DNA of 64,000 nucleotides from an uncultured Phycisphaerales bacterium (GTDB lineage Bacteria; Planctomycetota; Phycisphaerae; Tepidisphaerales; Tepidisphaeraceae): contig CAVWLP010000002.1 of NCBI GenBank assembly GCA_963755915.1, positions 2,784,001-2,848,000 on the forward strand. Reading direction: 5' to 3'. Below are positions 1 to 13,905 of this stretch, piece by piece (the first letter of the stretch is position 1; each line of letters starts with the position of its first letter). Both the position numbers and the translations under genes were made by a program. The notes under the pieces are model-generated. The model was given only the letters and a program-made list of their open reading frames with translations. It was not told where the DNA came from and ran no database searches.

Positions 1-1053
1 GAATTCGGGTGCGGTGGTGGAGGGTCCGCCGCCGCTTCCGGGCCACGCACCCTCATTGTCGAGTTCTCCATCGAGATTGACGGTCGTGCTAAATCCGCCG
101 ACGGAGAGTACATCGGCTGACGCCGCGGGGATTTCATCTATGCCAGTGTCGCCGGAGGACGCGAGGAAAGTCACGCCGCCCGTCAGCCCATCGCTATCCG
201 TATGCCCGGTTGGCGTTACATAATACCCGTTGAGGGTTGCCAGTTCGTTGGATGGGACGTAGGGCTGCTCATACCATTGTTCGAGAGGCTGTCCTTCTGC
301 GTTATCGCCTGCCGACGCAGGATCCGAGATGAGTGATGTTGGATAGCCCCAACTATTGGAAACCGCGACAACTCCGGGTTGCTCGGAGGCGTACACGTCC
401 GCTTTTATCAGGTCGGTGAGTGACTCCGAAGGGGCTTCAATGAGCAGGACATGGGCTCCCGGGGCAACCGCGTGCACCCATTCAACGTCCAGTGCTGTTT
501 CGGTTGCCCACAAGTCCTGATCGTACTGCAATCCGCTAAGCCCAAATGTCTTGGCGGTATCCCCGTAAACTTGCTGGTAATACGCAGCGGGGTATGTTCC
601 GCTGGTGGCTCCCAGTTGCTGAACACTCAGAAAGAAGTTTCCTTCGGCGTCGTAGTTACTTAAGCCGCCGCTGACCGTGCTCACACTTTCGCCGGGCACG
701 ACATATGTTTCGGCATCAAATGTCTCCACATCCTTGACGATGTCCGGGTTTCCAAATGCATCGACAATTGCGATTGTCTCGCCGGCTCCGTCCGCCTTGG
801 AAATGACGCCACCGATATCGAAGGAGAGCCCATTGAAGTCGTAAGCATCGTTCAATAGCTGGGGGTCGAGGCTGTTGGGAGTTCCAACCACACCTTGGAG
901 CGGTGTCGGTTGACCCGGAAGCGGGGGGACTGGACTCGGGTTGGTTCCCGACAGCATTACCCGCCGTTCCAGGAGTTCCATTGTGGTTAAGCTGGCCGCG
1001 CGGGCAAACTGATACCGCCGCGCCAAACGCCGCATATTTCGTTTCCTCAGCAT
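1..1053 (-). CDS. Secreted S53 (sedolisin/kumamolisin-like) peptidase with planctomycete-type export signal; 3' end outside the window
   Basis: Manual translation from ATG 1053, open to position 1: MLRKRNMRRLARRYQFARAASLTTMELLERRVMLS...DGAGETIAIVDAFGNP...WATETALDVEWVHAVAPGAHVLLIEA...VSNSWG...FLASSGDTG...VLSVGG. ExxLD and SSGD are S53 motifs. Absent from the ORF track because there is no stop in the window. Confidence 0.85.
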   Translation of the reverse strand, partial: MLRKRNMRRLARRYQFARAASLTTMELLERRVMLSGTNPSPVPPLPGQPTPLQGVVGTPNSLDPQLLNDAYDFNGLSFDIGGVISKADGAGETIAIVDAFGNPDIVKDVETFDAETYVVPGESVSTVSGGLSNYDAEGNFFLSVQQLGATSGTYPAAYYQQVYGDTAKTFGLSGLQYDQDLWATETALDVEWVHAVAPGAHVLLIEAPSESLTDLIKADVYASEQPGVVAVSNSWGYPTSLISDPASAGDNAEGQPLEQWYEQPYVPSNELATLNGYYVTPTGHTDSDGLTGGVTFLASSGDTGIDEIPAASADVLSVGGFSTTVNLDGELDNEGAWPGSGGGPSTTAPEF

Positions 1054-1297
1054 CGAACACCTACTTCTGTAAAAAGCCCCAGTCTTATTTCAGATGGAAA
1101 TTTGCCCGAAAACCAATGGAAGGAATGACTTGGACTCCTCGGAGCACAAATGGCTTTTCGGCCGCACCTTTCCTCCGTCCAAGAACTACGAGTTTTCTGG
1201 CGAAGCGGATTATACCGGCCGGAGTTTATCACTGCCAATTAAATCCTTCTCAACCGTTGAGCAAACCTTAATTTGCAGCGAGCAAAAACCGCGAACC

Positions 1298-2692
1298 TCA
1301 AAACTTGTAATAAATGTCAACCGACGCGGTCGTCTGAGTATAATTAACGAAATCGAATACACGCTGGTTCGCCCAATCGAAGCGGATTTCTGGCCGCAGG
1401 ACCAGGCCGTCAAGATAGGGGCTATCCGGGAACGGGGTTACTTCGGTCCCGCAGGTCACTTCCCCGAAATCGACGTCGGTTCCGCCCAACCCGGTCGTAA
1501 ACCCTTTTCCGTCGTAGTAGAACTCCGCGCGTGTGGCGAGGGCCACATGCGGATCCAACTGATATTTCGCATAACCGGCGATGGAAGCCCACTGGCCGGC
1601 CTGCGCCGCCCCAGAGGCATTGGGAACCGCGCCCGGTGCGTCGCCGTATAGCGCATCAAGAGTCAGCGTAAACTGGTCGGCAACCTTCCAGTCCACGATA
1701 AACTCAGGCACAATCCACCAGTTGCTCTGATTGCGGGGCAGACCTACGTTGCCGGCCTCGGGGCCGAACAAAACATTGCCGGTTATATCGAATCCGGAGG
1801 TGCTGAACTTGGCCTGGAGGATGCCGTCAACGCTGCCATTGGCATCCCAGGTGGATTGATTCCACCCATCCGACACCCCGCCGGTAATGGCGAAATGGTC
1901 CGTATTTCCGACCTCGCCGAAGAAGTCGTATTTGCCAAAAACCCCGGTCATCGTGTACGGCTTGCCATAAGAAAACCCATAGCTGTGCGTGTAGAAAATA
2001 TTCTGGGTCGGGTCGATTTTTTCGTATCCCAGCAGTTGGACGAACTTCCCGGCTTCGAGCGTCAGGCCGGTTCCGATGGGAATGCCAAGCTGTCCATATG
2101 CCTGCAATACATCGAGCTGGTCTTCGTCACCGGTGCCGCCGTTTTTGTTGTGCTGGTCGAGGATGCCGTTGGAGTGGGTGTAGTAGAAGTCAGATCCATA
2201 GCCGGCTTCAATGAGAAATCCGAAATCCCACTGCCCCTTGGGCAGATTCACCATCTCCCGCGATACGGTAATGTCGGCCTGATTGAGCAGAACCGCATTT
2301 TTGTAAGGTCCGCCGAAATAGATGAAATTGCCCGGCGCGGTTCGGGCCGGCGTCCGATCGTCGGGAACCGACAGATCGTAAAGGTATCCGCCCTCAACGT
2401 GACCGTAAATATTGAAGCCCATGTCCTCCATGGGCTTACCGATTCCGATCGCCTCGAGGCTCTGCATCAGGGCGCCGTAGGTGGTGGTTGGCGCCGCCGC
2501 CTCCGGAGCTGCAGCCGGTGGGGGGGTTTCATTTCCAACTTGATCTGATGGCGCCGGTTGATCTCCGGTGCCGGATGGCGCCGGTTGATCTCCGGTGCCG
2601 GTGATGGTGTCATCCCCCAGAACCATTACCCCCGAGCAGGCAAACATCAATATCGCGAGGCCGACGAACCAAGTCCAAACCCTCATGTTCAC
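1298..2692 (-). CDS. Outer-membrane beta-barrel porin (BBP2/OmpL-like family)
   Basis: 464 aa with signal peptide, motifs LNQADI, GKFVQLLGYE, FYTHSY and LRPEIRFDW, and C-terminal aromatic YYKF. Confidence 0.8.
   Translation of the reverse strand: MNMRVWTWFVGLAILMFACSGVMVLGDDTITGTGDQPAPSGTGDQPAPSDQVGNETPPPAAAPEAAAPTTTYGALMQSLEAIGIGKPMEDMGFNIYGHVEGGYLYDLSVPDDRTPARTAPGNFIYFGGPYKNAVLLNQADITVSREMVNLPKGQWDFGFLIEAGYGSDFYYTHSNGILDQHNKNGGTGDEDQLDVLQAYGQLGIPIGTGLTLEAGKFVQLLGYEKIDPTQNIFYTHSYGFSYGKPYTMTGVFGKYDFFGEVGNTDHFAITGGVSDGWNQSTWDANGSVDGILQAKFSTSGFDITGNVLFGPEAGNVGLPRNQSNWWIVPEFIVDWKVADQFTLTLDALYGDAPGAVPNASGAAQAGQWASIAGYAKYQLDPHVALATRAEFYYDGKGFTTGLGGTDVDFGEVTCGTEVTPFPDSPYLDGLVLRPEIRFDWANQRVFDFVNYTQTTASVDIYYKF
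2547..2600. repeat. Perfect 27-bp tandem duplication inside the porin N-terminus (GTGDQPAPS x2)
   Basis: gatggcgccggttgatctccggtgccg occurs at 2547-2573 and 2574-2600. Confidence 0.9.
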
Positions 2693-3011
2693 TCCGTCCC
2701 TCTTTAGGGTGGATACGAACTCACTGATCGACGGAGGTACAACGGTACCGCCGAACCCCGGTTTAGGTTACTGATCTGTTAACTAAATTCAACTTTAATG
2801 AGCGTCTATAACAGAGGAGTTGATCAATACTTCGGCAGAAAATGCGCTGCCGAAGCCCCGCAATCAGGCGTGCTGCCCCAAGCCCCGGAAAAATATGGAA
2901 GAACTTCCGATAACCCCCGTTTTTTTCCCGCCACCAGTCGTTGCCGCGCACCGTCCCACCCAACTGTCGTGGCGACGGTGCGCGGCGATCAAAGATGACT
3001 CCCTGACAAAA

Positions 3012-3938
3012 CTACCAATTCCAGAATTGCCACCAATGATGCGAACTTGTGGAGGAAACCGGCGTTGCCGAAACCGTTGGATGGGCCTGGACGGCCGTGC
3101 TGGCTACCTGCGGGATGTTGCTTTTGGCCGCCTCGGGTTTTGCCGAAGCCTGGCCGGAAACCGGCATTGGTTTGTTCAAAACCGCCATCAGCACACGATG
3201 TCCGACCTGCTCATAAGCCGCATTTTCGCTGGAAGGCAGTTTCAAAAAATGCTCGTTCACATCCGAGAATTCGGCCAGGAGGTTTCCGCGAAGCCGATCC
3301 GTGGTCAGAGAATCGGGAACGAGTAATTTCCATTCGCCGCTCTTCTCGCAAATCATCGCCACATGCAGTCCCGGCAATCCCGCGGCGGATTTGATTTTCG
3401 CCAGCGCGATCGGCCGGCTTCCCAGTATCGGATGCGCGCTCAGCGTCTGACCCGTTGCCCTGGTCACTTGCGAAATCAACATCGAATCATCGTCCGGCGC
3501 GGCCGGCTGGATCGACACATCCGATTTTCCAAACACGTCGCCGGCGCGCTGGATATCGAAAGTGGTCCCGTATTTCGCCTTCCAGTTGTTCGAAAGCTTG
3601 TTGATCTGCGCGTCCAGCTTCGACCCATAATCATGGTCGTAATCCGCCGCCTTCATGATGCGCTGCCGGGCCGGCGCGGCGAACGTCGATACCAGCTTGT
3701 CCGTGTCCTTCGGGTTCAGGGCGTAGGCCGTTATCCGGCCAAACTCCGTCCGAATGTTGGAATCGGCCATATTCATCGTCAGCGAATAATTGCTTTTACT
3801 ATTTTCGCTCGATATGGTGTGGATAGCCGAGGGCTCCGTTGACGGGCTGTTCAACCCGGTGCTCGCGACCGCATTTGTCGCGGCAATACTCAAACCACTG
3901 ACCGCCGCCGCGGCGATCACTATCACTGCGCGTTTCAT
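3012..3938 (-). CDS. Hypothetical secreted protein
   Basis: 308 aa with signal-peptide-like N-terminus (MKRAVIVIAAAAV...), GAGGAG RBS, Trp-rich C-terminus HHWWQFWNW. Confidence 0.7.
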   Translation of the reverse strand: MKRAVIVIAAAAVSGLSIAATNAVASTGLNSPSTEPSAIHTISSENSKSNYSLTMNMADSNIRTEFGRITAYALNPKDTDKLVSTFAAPARQRIMKAADYDHDYGSKLDAQINKLSNNWKAKYGTTFDIQRAGDVFGKSDVSIQPAAPDDDSMLISQVTRATGQTLSAHPILGSRPIALAKIKSAAGLPGLHVAMICEKSGEWKLLVPDSLTTDRLRGNLLAEFSDVNEHFLKLPSSENAAYEQVGHRVLMAVLNKPMPVSGQASAKPEAAKSNIPQVASTAVQAHPTVSATPVSSTSSHHWWQFWNW

Positions 3939-4248
3939 AAAAACTCCTCAAAAAAAATATGGGACCGCAAAATTTGTCGGCGGCAAATTCCCTCACCCCA
4001 AATTCCGTCATCCCGCCGGCCTCTACCGGGCTGGTTGACGCCGACTGCGAAATGTTCGCTCGGTCTACCCCTCAATCATGCGCGCGCATAATCTGCGGTT
4101 GCATCGATTTGACAATTCGCCTGCAAAATCGACCAGCCCAATTTTCACATGCGGGGATTTTGGACCACCCCAAAAAATTCGGTTTTCCGATTGAACGGTC
4201 CGAGGAGCGGTGCGAGGTCGCTGTAAGACCGGCATCGAATCGGTAGTA

Positions 4249-4527
4249 TCAGTCTTTGGCTTCGCGGATATTTTCCAGAACCCTTGCCGTGGCGTTGATG
4301 CCGCTCCCCTTTGGCATCAATCCCAGGATTGTCGCCTGCGTCTCATCGTCCTGCTTGACGATGCAATCAATCACCCGCGACACCACCGAATTGTTCGTAC
4401 TAAGGAAACGACTGCCGGCCTCACCCAGCCGGGCAGGGACACCGGGCGATACCTCAATCCGCATGATGACTCGTTTTGCGCTTTTCATGGCTTGGGCACT
4501 GTAGCCTTTCAATGCCATTTTGGCCAT
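4249..4527 (-). CDS. Small hypothetical protein, possibly ribbon-helix-helix-like
   Basis: 92 aa; a beta-strand-like KRVIMRIEV followed by predicted helices; the fold is a guess. Confidence 0.45.
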   Translation of the reverse strand: MAKMALKGYSAQAMKSAKRVIMRIEVSPGVPARLGEAGSRFLSTNNSVVSRVIDCIVKQDDETQATILGLMPKGSGINATARVLENIREAKD

Positions 4528-4637
4528 TGTAAAACCGCGCCTTTCAGCGGCTTAAAAATTATGGATCAATCGAGCGGCGGGGGTTATCGCAACTCCGTCA
4601 GGTTTTTTGTGAATACCTGCCATCGCCGATTGATTAT

Positions 4638-4710
<73 letters not shown>

Positions 4711-4841
4711 GTGCGTTCGAGCCCGGCAGAATAGGCGAATTCCACCGCCGGAGCAAAGGCCCTGGCTTTGCCGGCGAACCATTGGGGAACTTCCCGCCGG
4801 AATGCAACGTGTTACAATCCGCCGTCGAAACGGGCAGCCAC

Positions 4842-5800
4842 ATGCAAGCCATCCGAATCCACCAGTTTGGCGAACCCGACGTCCTCAAGCTCGAAGACAT
4901 CCCCACGCCGCCCATCGCCGCCGGCCAGGTCGTGCTGCGAACCCGGGCCATCGGCGTCAACCCGGTCGAAACCTACATCCGCGCTGGGAAATACGGCCCC
5001 AGGGACTTCCCGTTCACCCCCGGCAACGATTGCGCCGGCCTTGTCGAGCGCGTCGGAGACCGCGTCAAACGCTTTAAGGCCGGCGACCGTGTGTATACCG
5101 ACAGAACCATCTCCGGTTCCTACGCCCAGCTCGTTCTCTGCGACGCGGAAAATGTTCACCCGCTGCCGCAGCGAGCCACGTTCCAGCAGGGCGCCGCAAT
5201 CGGTGCTCCGGGCGGGGCGGCCTACCGCGCCTCTTCCAGCGCGGCCGCGGGATCGCGGGCGAAACCGTTCTGGTTCACGGCGCCACCGGCGGCGTCGGCA
5301 CCGCCGCGGTGCAACTCGCGCGCGCTTCCGGCATGTACGTGGTCGCCACTGCCTCTTCCGAAGCCGGCCGGACCTACGCCATCGAGCACGGCGCTCACCA
5401 CGCCGTGGATCACGACATCACATCGCGTCTCGACGAAGTCAAATCCCTCACCGCGGGCAAAGGCTTCGACCTGATCGTCGAAATGCTCGCGAATAAAAAT
5501 TTGGCCGCCGATCTTCCCGCGCTGAATAAAGGCGGCCGCGTCGTCATCGTCGGCAGCCGCGGGAAAATCGAGATCGATCCGCGCGATACGATGGCCCGCG
5601 AGGCCGAAATCCTGGGCATGACGGTCTTCGCCGCCACCTCCACTGAGCATCGCCAAATGTACAGCGCTCTCACCGCCGCGCTCGAATCCGGCATCTACAT
5701 CCCCGTCATCGGCCTCGAGCTCCCCCTCGCCGAAGCCGCCAAGGCCCACCAGCTCGTTATCGAAGGGGATCATTTCGGCAAAATCGTCCTGATCCCGTGA
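4842..5800 (+). CDS. NADPH:quinone reductase (zeta-crystallin/MDR family); frameshift near 5230
   Basis: MQAIRIHQFGEPDVLKLED...GVNPVETYIRAG; the nucleotide-binding HGATGGVG lies in the shifted frame; C-terminus HFGKIVL. Confidence 0.88.
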
Positions 5801-5806
5801 TTGAGT

Positions 5807-5851
5807 CACCTTCGCACTTTCACACCTTCTCACTTTCGCACCTTTCCCACC
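5807..5851. repeat. Short tandem repeat, ~8-bp unit (caccttcg/cactttca), family E
   Basis: caccttcgcactttcacaccttctcactttcgcacctttcccacc just after the quinone reductase stop; similar units at 34731, 42841 and 57481. Confidence 0.7.
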
Positions 5852-5904
5852 CTTCCCTCCCCGCCCGTATTAGGGTATTGTCCGGGTCCACCGAACGGAG
5901 TCGA

Positions 5905-7268
5905 ATGATCTACGCCATCGCAGCCGCGACTTTGATTCTCGGAATCGCCGGCGGAATATTCATCGGAATCAATCTCGGCTCCCGCCGCCAGAAAATCGAC
6001 CTCGCCGTTTCCCAGCAGCGCCAATCCGATCTGACGCAACAGCTCGACGCCGAAAAAACGCAAACCCAATCTCTGCGCGAAACCCTTGGCGAATCAGACC
6101 GAAATCTCGCCTCGCTTCGCGCCCAGTTCACGGCCGCCCAGCAAAACCTTCTCGAACAGCGAAAGCTCCTCGACGACGCCCAGCACCAGCTCCGCCAGGC
6201 GTTCGCCAGCGCCTCGGCCGAGGCCCTGACGCGCAACAACGAGACGTTTCTGCAGCTTGCCCGCGAGCGTTTCGCCACCATCTCCGCCGAAGCGACCGGC
6301 TCGCTTGAGCAGCGCAAGGAGCAGATCGACGCCCTGCTTAAGCCCCTGCGCGAGCTGATGGGCCAATACCAGATCCGGCTGGGCGAAATTGAAAAATCGC
6401 GCGTCGAATCCTATAGCATGCTCCGCGAGCAGCTTGGCGTGATGGCCGAATCGCAGCGAACGCTCAACACGCAAACCTCGCAGCTCGTCACCGCGCTCTC
6501 TCGTCCGACCACGCGCGGCCAATGGGGCGAAATCTCCCTGCGCCGGCTCGTCGAACTCGCCGGCCTCTCGAATCGCACCGATTTTATCGAGCAGGAAACT
6601 GTCGCCGGCGAGCAGGGCCGCCTCAAGCCCGATCTCGTCGTGCATCTGCCGCGGGAACGGGACGTGATCGTTGACTGCAAAACCTGCTTTGACGCCTTTC
6701 TCGACGCCGCCTCCGCAACCGATGAGGACAACCGAAAGGTCCATCTCCAGCGCCACGCCCAGCAGGTGCGCACCGCGCCCGCGATCTTTCCGCCAAGGCC
6801 TACTGGTCGCAGTTTGCTCACTCCCCCGAATACGTGATCATGTTCCTGCCTGGCGAAGCGTTCCTCTACGCCGCCGTCGAGAACGATCCATCGATCATCG
6901 AAGACTGCATCAAAAATCGCGTGCTGATCGCCACGCCTACGACGCTGATCGCGCTGCTGAAAACCATCGAATTCGGCTGGCGCCAGGAAGAAATGACGGA
7001 AAACGCGGAGCAGATTAAATCGCTGGGCGTCGAGCTCTACGATCGCATCTTCACGGTTCTCAGCCACATCCAGAAACTCGGGACGAATCTCGACTCGGCC
7101 GTAAAAAGTTACAATGCGGCCCTGGGGTCGCTGGAAACGCGCGTTTTGTCGACGGCGCGAAAGATGGCCGATCTGGGGGCGCGATCGACAAAAGAATTGC
7201 CGGAGCCTCAGCTTATTGAGCAGATGCCCCGTGAAATCCCTTCGCTGGCCTCCAATTCCCAGCCGTGA
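5905..7268 (+). CDS. rmuC: DNA recombination protein RmuC; frameshift near 6775
   Basis: N-terminal TM segment and coiled coil, then [43 protein letters not shown]. Confidence 0.92.
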
Positions 7269-7273
7269 CGCAA

Positions 7274-8499
7274 ATGAATCCTCTCGCCGATCTTCCGGTC
7301 ACGCTGAAAGACATCCTCGCCGCGCACGAGCGGATCAAAGACGCCATCTATCGCAGCCCCTGCCCCTATTCGCTTCAGCTCAGCCAGCTTTGCGGGTGCA
7401 ATATCTACTGCAAGCTCGATCACTTGCAGATGACCGGCAGCTTCAAGGAGCGCGGGCGCGAAATAAGCTGCTGGTTCTTACGCCGGAGCAGCGCAAGTCG
7501 GGCGTCGTGGCCGCCTCGGCGGGGAATCATGCGCTGGGGTTGGCCTATCACGCGCAGAAGCTCGGAGTGCCCCTCACGGTTGTGATGCCTAAATGGGCGC
7601 CGCTGGTGAAGGTCACCAACTGCCGGACGTTTGGCGCTCACGTTCATCTTCACGGCGAGGCGTATGACGACGCAAAGATCTTTGCGATCAAGCTGGCGCA
7701 GGAAAAGAATCTGGCCTACGTCCCCGGGTTTGACGATGCGGACGTCATCGCCGGCGCCGGCACGATGGGGCTGGAAATCCTCCAGGATTTGCCGGATGTG
7801 GATGCCGTCATCGTGCCTATCGGCGGCGGGGGGCTTATCTCGGGAATCGCCGTGGCGGTGAAGTCGCTGAAGCCGTCCGTGCGCATCATCGGGGTCGAGC
7901 CGGCGCACGCGCCGACTCTTCACGAATCGCTCCGGCGCGGCAAACTCGTCCGGATCGACACGCAGCCGACGCTGGCGGATGGCCTGGCGGTCGCCGAGGG
8001 GGGAAAGCTTTGCTTTCAGGTCATTCAGAAACTGGTCGATCGAATCATGCTCGTGGATGAGGGGCAGATCGCGCTGTCGATCCTTCGTTTGCTTGAGCTG
8101 GAAAAAACCGTTGTGGAGGGCGCGGGCGCTGTGCCGCTGGCGGCCGCGATGGACAAGAGCATGGGATTGGCGGGCAAAAACGTGGTGCTTACGCTTTGCG
8201 GGGGAAACATCGACCTCACTACCATTTCCCGCGTGATCGACCGCGGCCTCGCTGCGGATGGGCGGCTGTGCCGGGTCTTCGCTCGCCTGCTCGACCGCCC
8301 CGGCGCACTGGCGAATCTGTGCGCGGTTTTGGCCTCTACCGGGGCGAGCATCGAGGACGTTTCGCACGATCGGCACTTTGGGCCCGCGGACATCGCACGC
8401 GTGGTCGTCGTGTGCACGCTAGAGACGCGCGACTTCGATCACATCACTGAAATTCGGATGACGCTTCAGGAAAAAGGGATTGATGCGAAGGTGGAATAG
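7274..8499 (+). CDS. ilvA: Threonine ammonia-lyase with C-terminal ACT domain; frameshift near 7460
   Basis: [10 protein letters not shown] (PLP lysine), [27 protein letters not shown]-type LLDRPGAL. Confidence 0.9.
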
Positions 8500-8672
8500 C
8501 TTCGCGGATCGATTTTTTGCGCCAGCCTCTCAATTACAAAAGTTTACACTCGGCAACAAACTGGGAGGGGTTGGGAAAGCTGGGCGTGTCGAAACGATGG
8601 TCCGTGTGAGAACTGGATTCACATAAGCTGCTGGCGTAGTCTAGCGAACCACGCTGAGGGAGGTGTTTGGGA

Positions 8673-10660
8673 ATGTTTCGGAAAAGACTGGGCTTGAGTC
8701 GGGGAATTTGTTTTTCATTTGTGTTGTTACTGTCGCATTTGGCCGTGGGGCAAAGTACGCGCGGCGATGAGTTGAGCGATTTGATGAGCAAAGCCAACAG
8801 CGGCGATCCGGCCGCGATGTTCAAGCTGGGGATGGATTATCAGTCGGGGAAACTGGTGGGACAGGACCTGGCGGCGAGCCGGTCGTGGGTGCAGAAGGCC
8901 GCGGAAGCGGGAAATACGGACGCGATGGATCGGATGGGAAACATCGATCGATTCGGCTACTGCGGCGCAACGCGCGACACTGCGGCCGCAATCAAGTGGT
9001 ATCAAATAGAAGCCAGGGCCGGCGCCCCCCTTGGGATGCTTGACCTTGCAGTCTGCTATCGGAATGGGATCGGGCTGCCAAAGGATATCGAGCAGGCAAA
9101 TAAATTGTACGCGCAGGCGTTTGCGGTAGCGCATCCCAAAGCGGCGCAGGGAGATCTGGGCGCCTCCCGTTGCCTGGGATGGATCTATTCCGAGGGCCTG
9201 GGTGTAACCAAAGATTGGGCGCAGTCCAATTCCTGGTATCAGAAGGCCGCCGACGGGGGAGACGCGTACGCAATGTATTCGGTCGGGTATAGCTACGAGC
9301 ACGGGCTGGGCAGGGCGCGCGATTACGCAGAGGCGATGAAATGGTACATGAAGGCCGCTGACGCCGGGGCTTTGGGGGGTATTGTCCGCATGGGAGATAT
9401 GTATTCGCACGGGGAAGGCGTTCCCAAGGATTACACCCAGGCGATGAATTGCTACGGGGCCGCCGCCGGCGCGGGGGATCCCGGCGCCATGAATGATATT
9501 GGCTGGCTTTACGTTTATGGCCGGGGCGTGCAGCGCGATTATCACCAGGCGATAGACTGGTTCAAGAAGTGTGCCGACACGGGCGACGGAGTGGGTATGG
9601 GCAGCGTCGGCGATCTTTATCGCTATGGACAGGGCGTCCGCGGGATTACCAGCAGGCGATGAGCTGGTATTTGAAGGGGGTCGATGCGGGCGATCCCAAG
9701 GCGATGAACAGCGCGGGCGAAATGTGCGCGTGGGGATTGGGGGTGGCGCAGGATTACGCGAAGGCGATGAAATGGTTCCAAAGGGGAGCCAGTGGCGGAA
9801 ACGCAACGGCGATTGACAATATTGGGTATCTTTACCAGTACGGCTGGGGCGTGCCCAAGGATTATCGACAGGCGATGACCTGGTATAGAAAGGCTGCATA
9901 TGAGGGGGACGCGCGGGCGTTCTGCGAAATCGGTTATTTGTACGAGTATGGTTGGGGCGTGGATCAGGATTATGGTGCGGCGATGGGGTGGTTTCACCGG
10001 GCGGCGGATGAGGACTTTCTTCCGGGGATGATCGCGGTGGGGGACATGTATGTGCGCGGGTGGGGGGTGTATCGCGATTTTGGCCAGGCGATGAGTTGGT
10101 ATCGCAAGGCGGCGGACGAGGGAAGCCGGGTGGGGATGGATTATCTCGGAAACATGTACCAAATCGGCATGGGCGTGAGCCGCGATTATGCGCAGGCCTT
10201 GAATTGGTTCCAGAAGGCCGCCGAAGCGGGCAGCGCGCCGGCGATGACGAGCATTGGCCTTCTGTACGAATCCGGGCTTGGCGTCGAGAAGGATTATGGG
10301 GCGGCGATGATGTGGTATCGCAAGGCCGCCGACAACGGCAACGGGGCCGCGATGAACTCGATCGGGCGATTGTATGCGTTCGGCCTGGGGGTGGATCCGG
10401 ATTTCAGCGAGGCAGTGTCGTGGTATCGGAAGGCCGCGGCCAAAGGAGATGCGCTGGCCATGTGGAACCTGGGACTGGCTTTTGAGAGCGGGGCGGGCGT
10501 GGAGAAGGACATGACACAGGCGCACGTGTGGATGCGAAAGTCGGCCGACCTTGGATATGTGAAGGCGAAGCAATGGCTCGCGCGCCATGGGGTGGCGACG
10601 GAGCCGTCTACAAATCCATCGGTGCCCCCACCGGATGGCGCGGGGGACGGGGGGAGTTGA
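8673..10660 (+). CDS. Secreted Sel1-like repeat protein (roughly 16 repeats); frameshift near 9640
   Basis: Signal peptide followed by 36-aa units AMxxIGxLYxxGxGVxxDYxxAMxWYxKAA across ORFs 8667-9662 and 9569-10660. Confidence 0.92.
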
Positions 10661-10686
10661 GGCGGGGCGATGGGTGGATCACGAAA

Positions 10687-10713
10687 GACGCGCCCCGCAA
10701 GCGGGGCGGCTAC
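10687..10713 (-). repeat. GTAG-type REP-like hairpin between convergent genes
   Basis: Minus strand GTAGCCGCCCCGCTTGCGGGGCGCGTC: GTAG followed by a GC stem; a related element is at 51657. Confidence 0.6.
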
Positions 10714-10754
10714 ACGGGGACGGGGGATGTCGTTGAGGCGTCGTATTCCATTCC

Positions 10755-12892
<2,138 letters not shown>

Positions 12893-12931
12893 ATTGCCGC
12901 TCCTCCCGGGGACAAGTTCCCCCCCGGGCGC

Positions 12932-13846
12932 CTATGCAGCCTTCTCCGCGGGAAGGGGTTTGTTGGCCATTGACAGGTATAGTCCGTTGGAGGCGCGCTT
13001 GGATGATTGTGTGACCGATGCGATGGCACGATCGAGCATGGTGCGGTCATACGGTTCGCCCGCTTCGGCGATTCCAATGCAGCAGGTGACCGGCACCACG
13101 GCATCCCGATATGAAAACCGCGCCTTTGAGAGCCCCGTTTTCATCCGCGCGGCGATGGCAATCGCCTGATCCATGGACGTGTCGGGCAACAGGACGGCGA
13201 AGTCGTCGCCGCCCAAACGACAGAGGACATCCTCGAGGCGGAAGGCCTCGCGGATTACGTGGGCGACGCTGGTCAGCACACCGTCGCCGAACGATTGTCC
13301 ATAGCAGTTGTTGATCGTCGAGAATCCGTCGATGTCGATATAGGTGACGGTCAGGGGCCGGCCTCCACGCGCACGCACGGAAACCTCGGCGGCGAGCCGC
13401 TGGTTGAAGAGCTTGCGGTTGCCGAAGCCGGTCAGGGTGTCGACTAGGGAGCTGTCTTCAAGGGTTTTAATCACGCGCTGAATTCGCAGCGAGGCATGAA
13501 CCCGGGCCTGGAGTTCGGCGGCCTCGAAGGGCTTGGTGATGTAATCGGTGGCGCCCATTTCCAGGCCCTGGACCTTGTCGCCGGTCTCTGATTTGGAGGT
13601 GAGGAAGATGACGGGGACGCTCCAGAGGCTGGCATCGGCCTTCATGCGTCGGCAGAATTCGAAGCCGTCGATTTCCGGCATGTCGACGTCGAGCAGGAGC
13701 AGGTCGGGCTTGAGCGACGCGGCCAGGGTTAGGCCGTAGGTGGAATTGGTGGCGGAGTGGACCTCGATGGGATCGTCAGCCAGAACGGATTTCACCAGGG
13801 TGTGGATCGGTGGTGAATCGTCAACGACGAGGAGATGCTTATTCAT
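12932..13846 (-). CDS. Response regulator diguanylate cyclase (REC + GGDEF; GGDDF active site)
   Basis: LLLLDVDMP; DTLTGFGNR; DIDGFSTIN; RLED I-site then RLGGDDF. Confidence 0.88.
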   Translation of the reverse strand: MNKHLLVVDDSPPIHTLVKSVLADDPIEVHSATNSTYGLTLAASLKPDLLLLDVDMPEIDGFEFCRRMKADASLWSVPVIFLTSKSETGDKVQGLEMGATDYITKPFEAAELQARVHASLRIQRVIKTLEDSSLVDTLTGFGNRKLFNQRLAAEVSVRARGGRPLTVTYIDIDGFSTINNCYGQSFGDGVLTSVAHVIREAFRLEDVLCRLGGDDFAVLLPDTSMDQAIAIAARMKTGLSKARFSYRDAVVPVTCCIGIAEAGEPYDRTMLDRAIASVTQSSKRASNGLYLSMANKPLPAEKAA

Positions 13847-13905
13847 TAGTTCGGCCTCCCAAGGCGATATGTACGTCCGCGCTTCTCGGCCGATGGGCCG
13901 ATCGA

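Noticed and set aside
2829-2854. Hairpin cttcggcag-N8-ctgccgaag upstream of the porin as a riboswitch or ncRNA
   Set aside because: A single stem with no motif I recognise; an Rfam search would be needed.
8673-10660. 108-bp DNA periodicity as a non-coding repeat array
   Set aside because: Fully explained by 36-aa Sel1 protein repeats.
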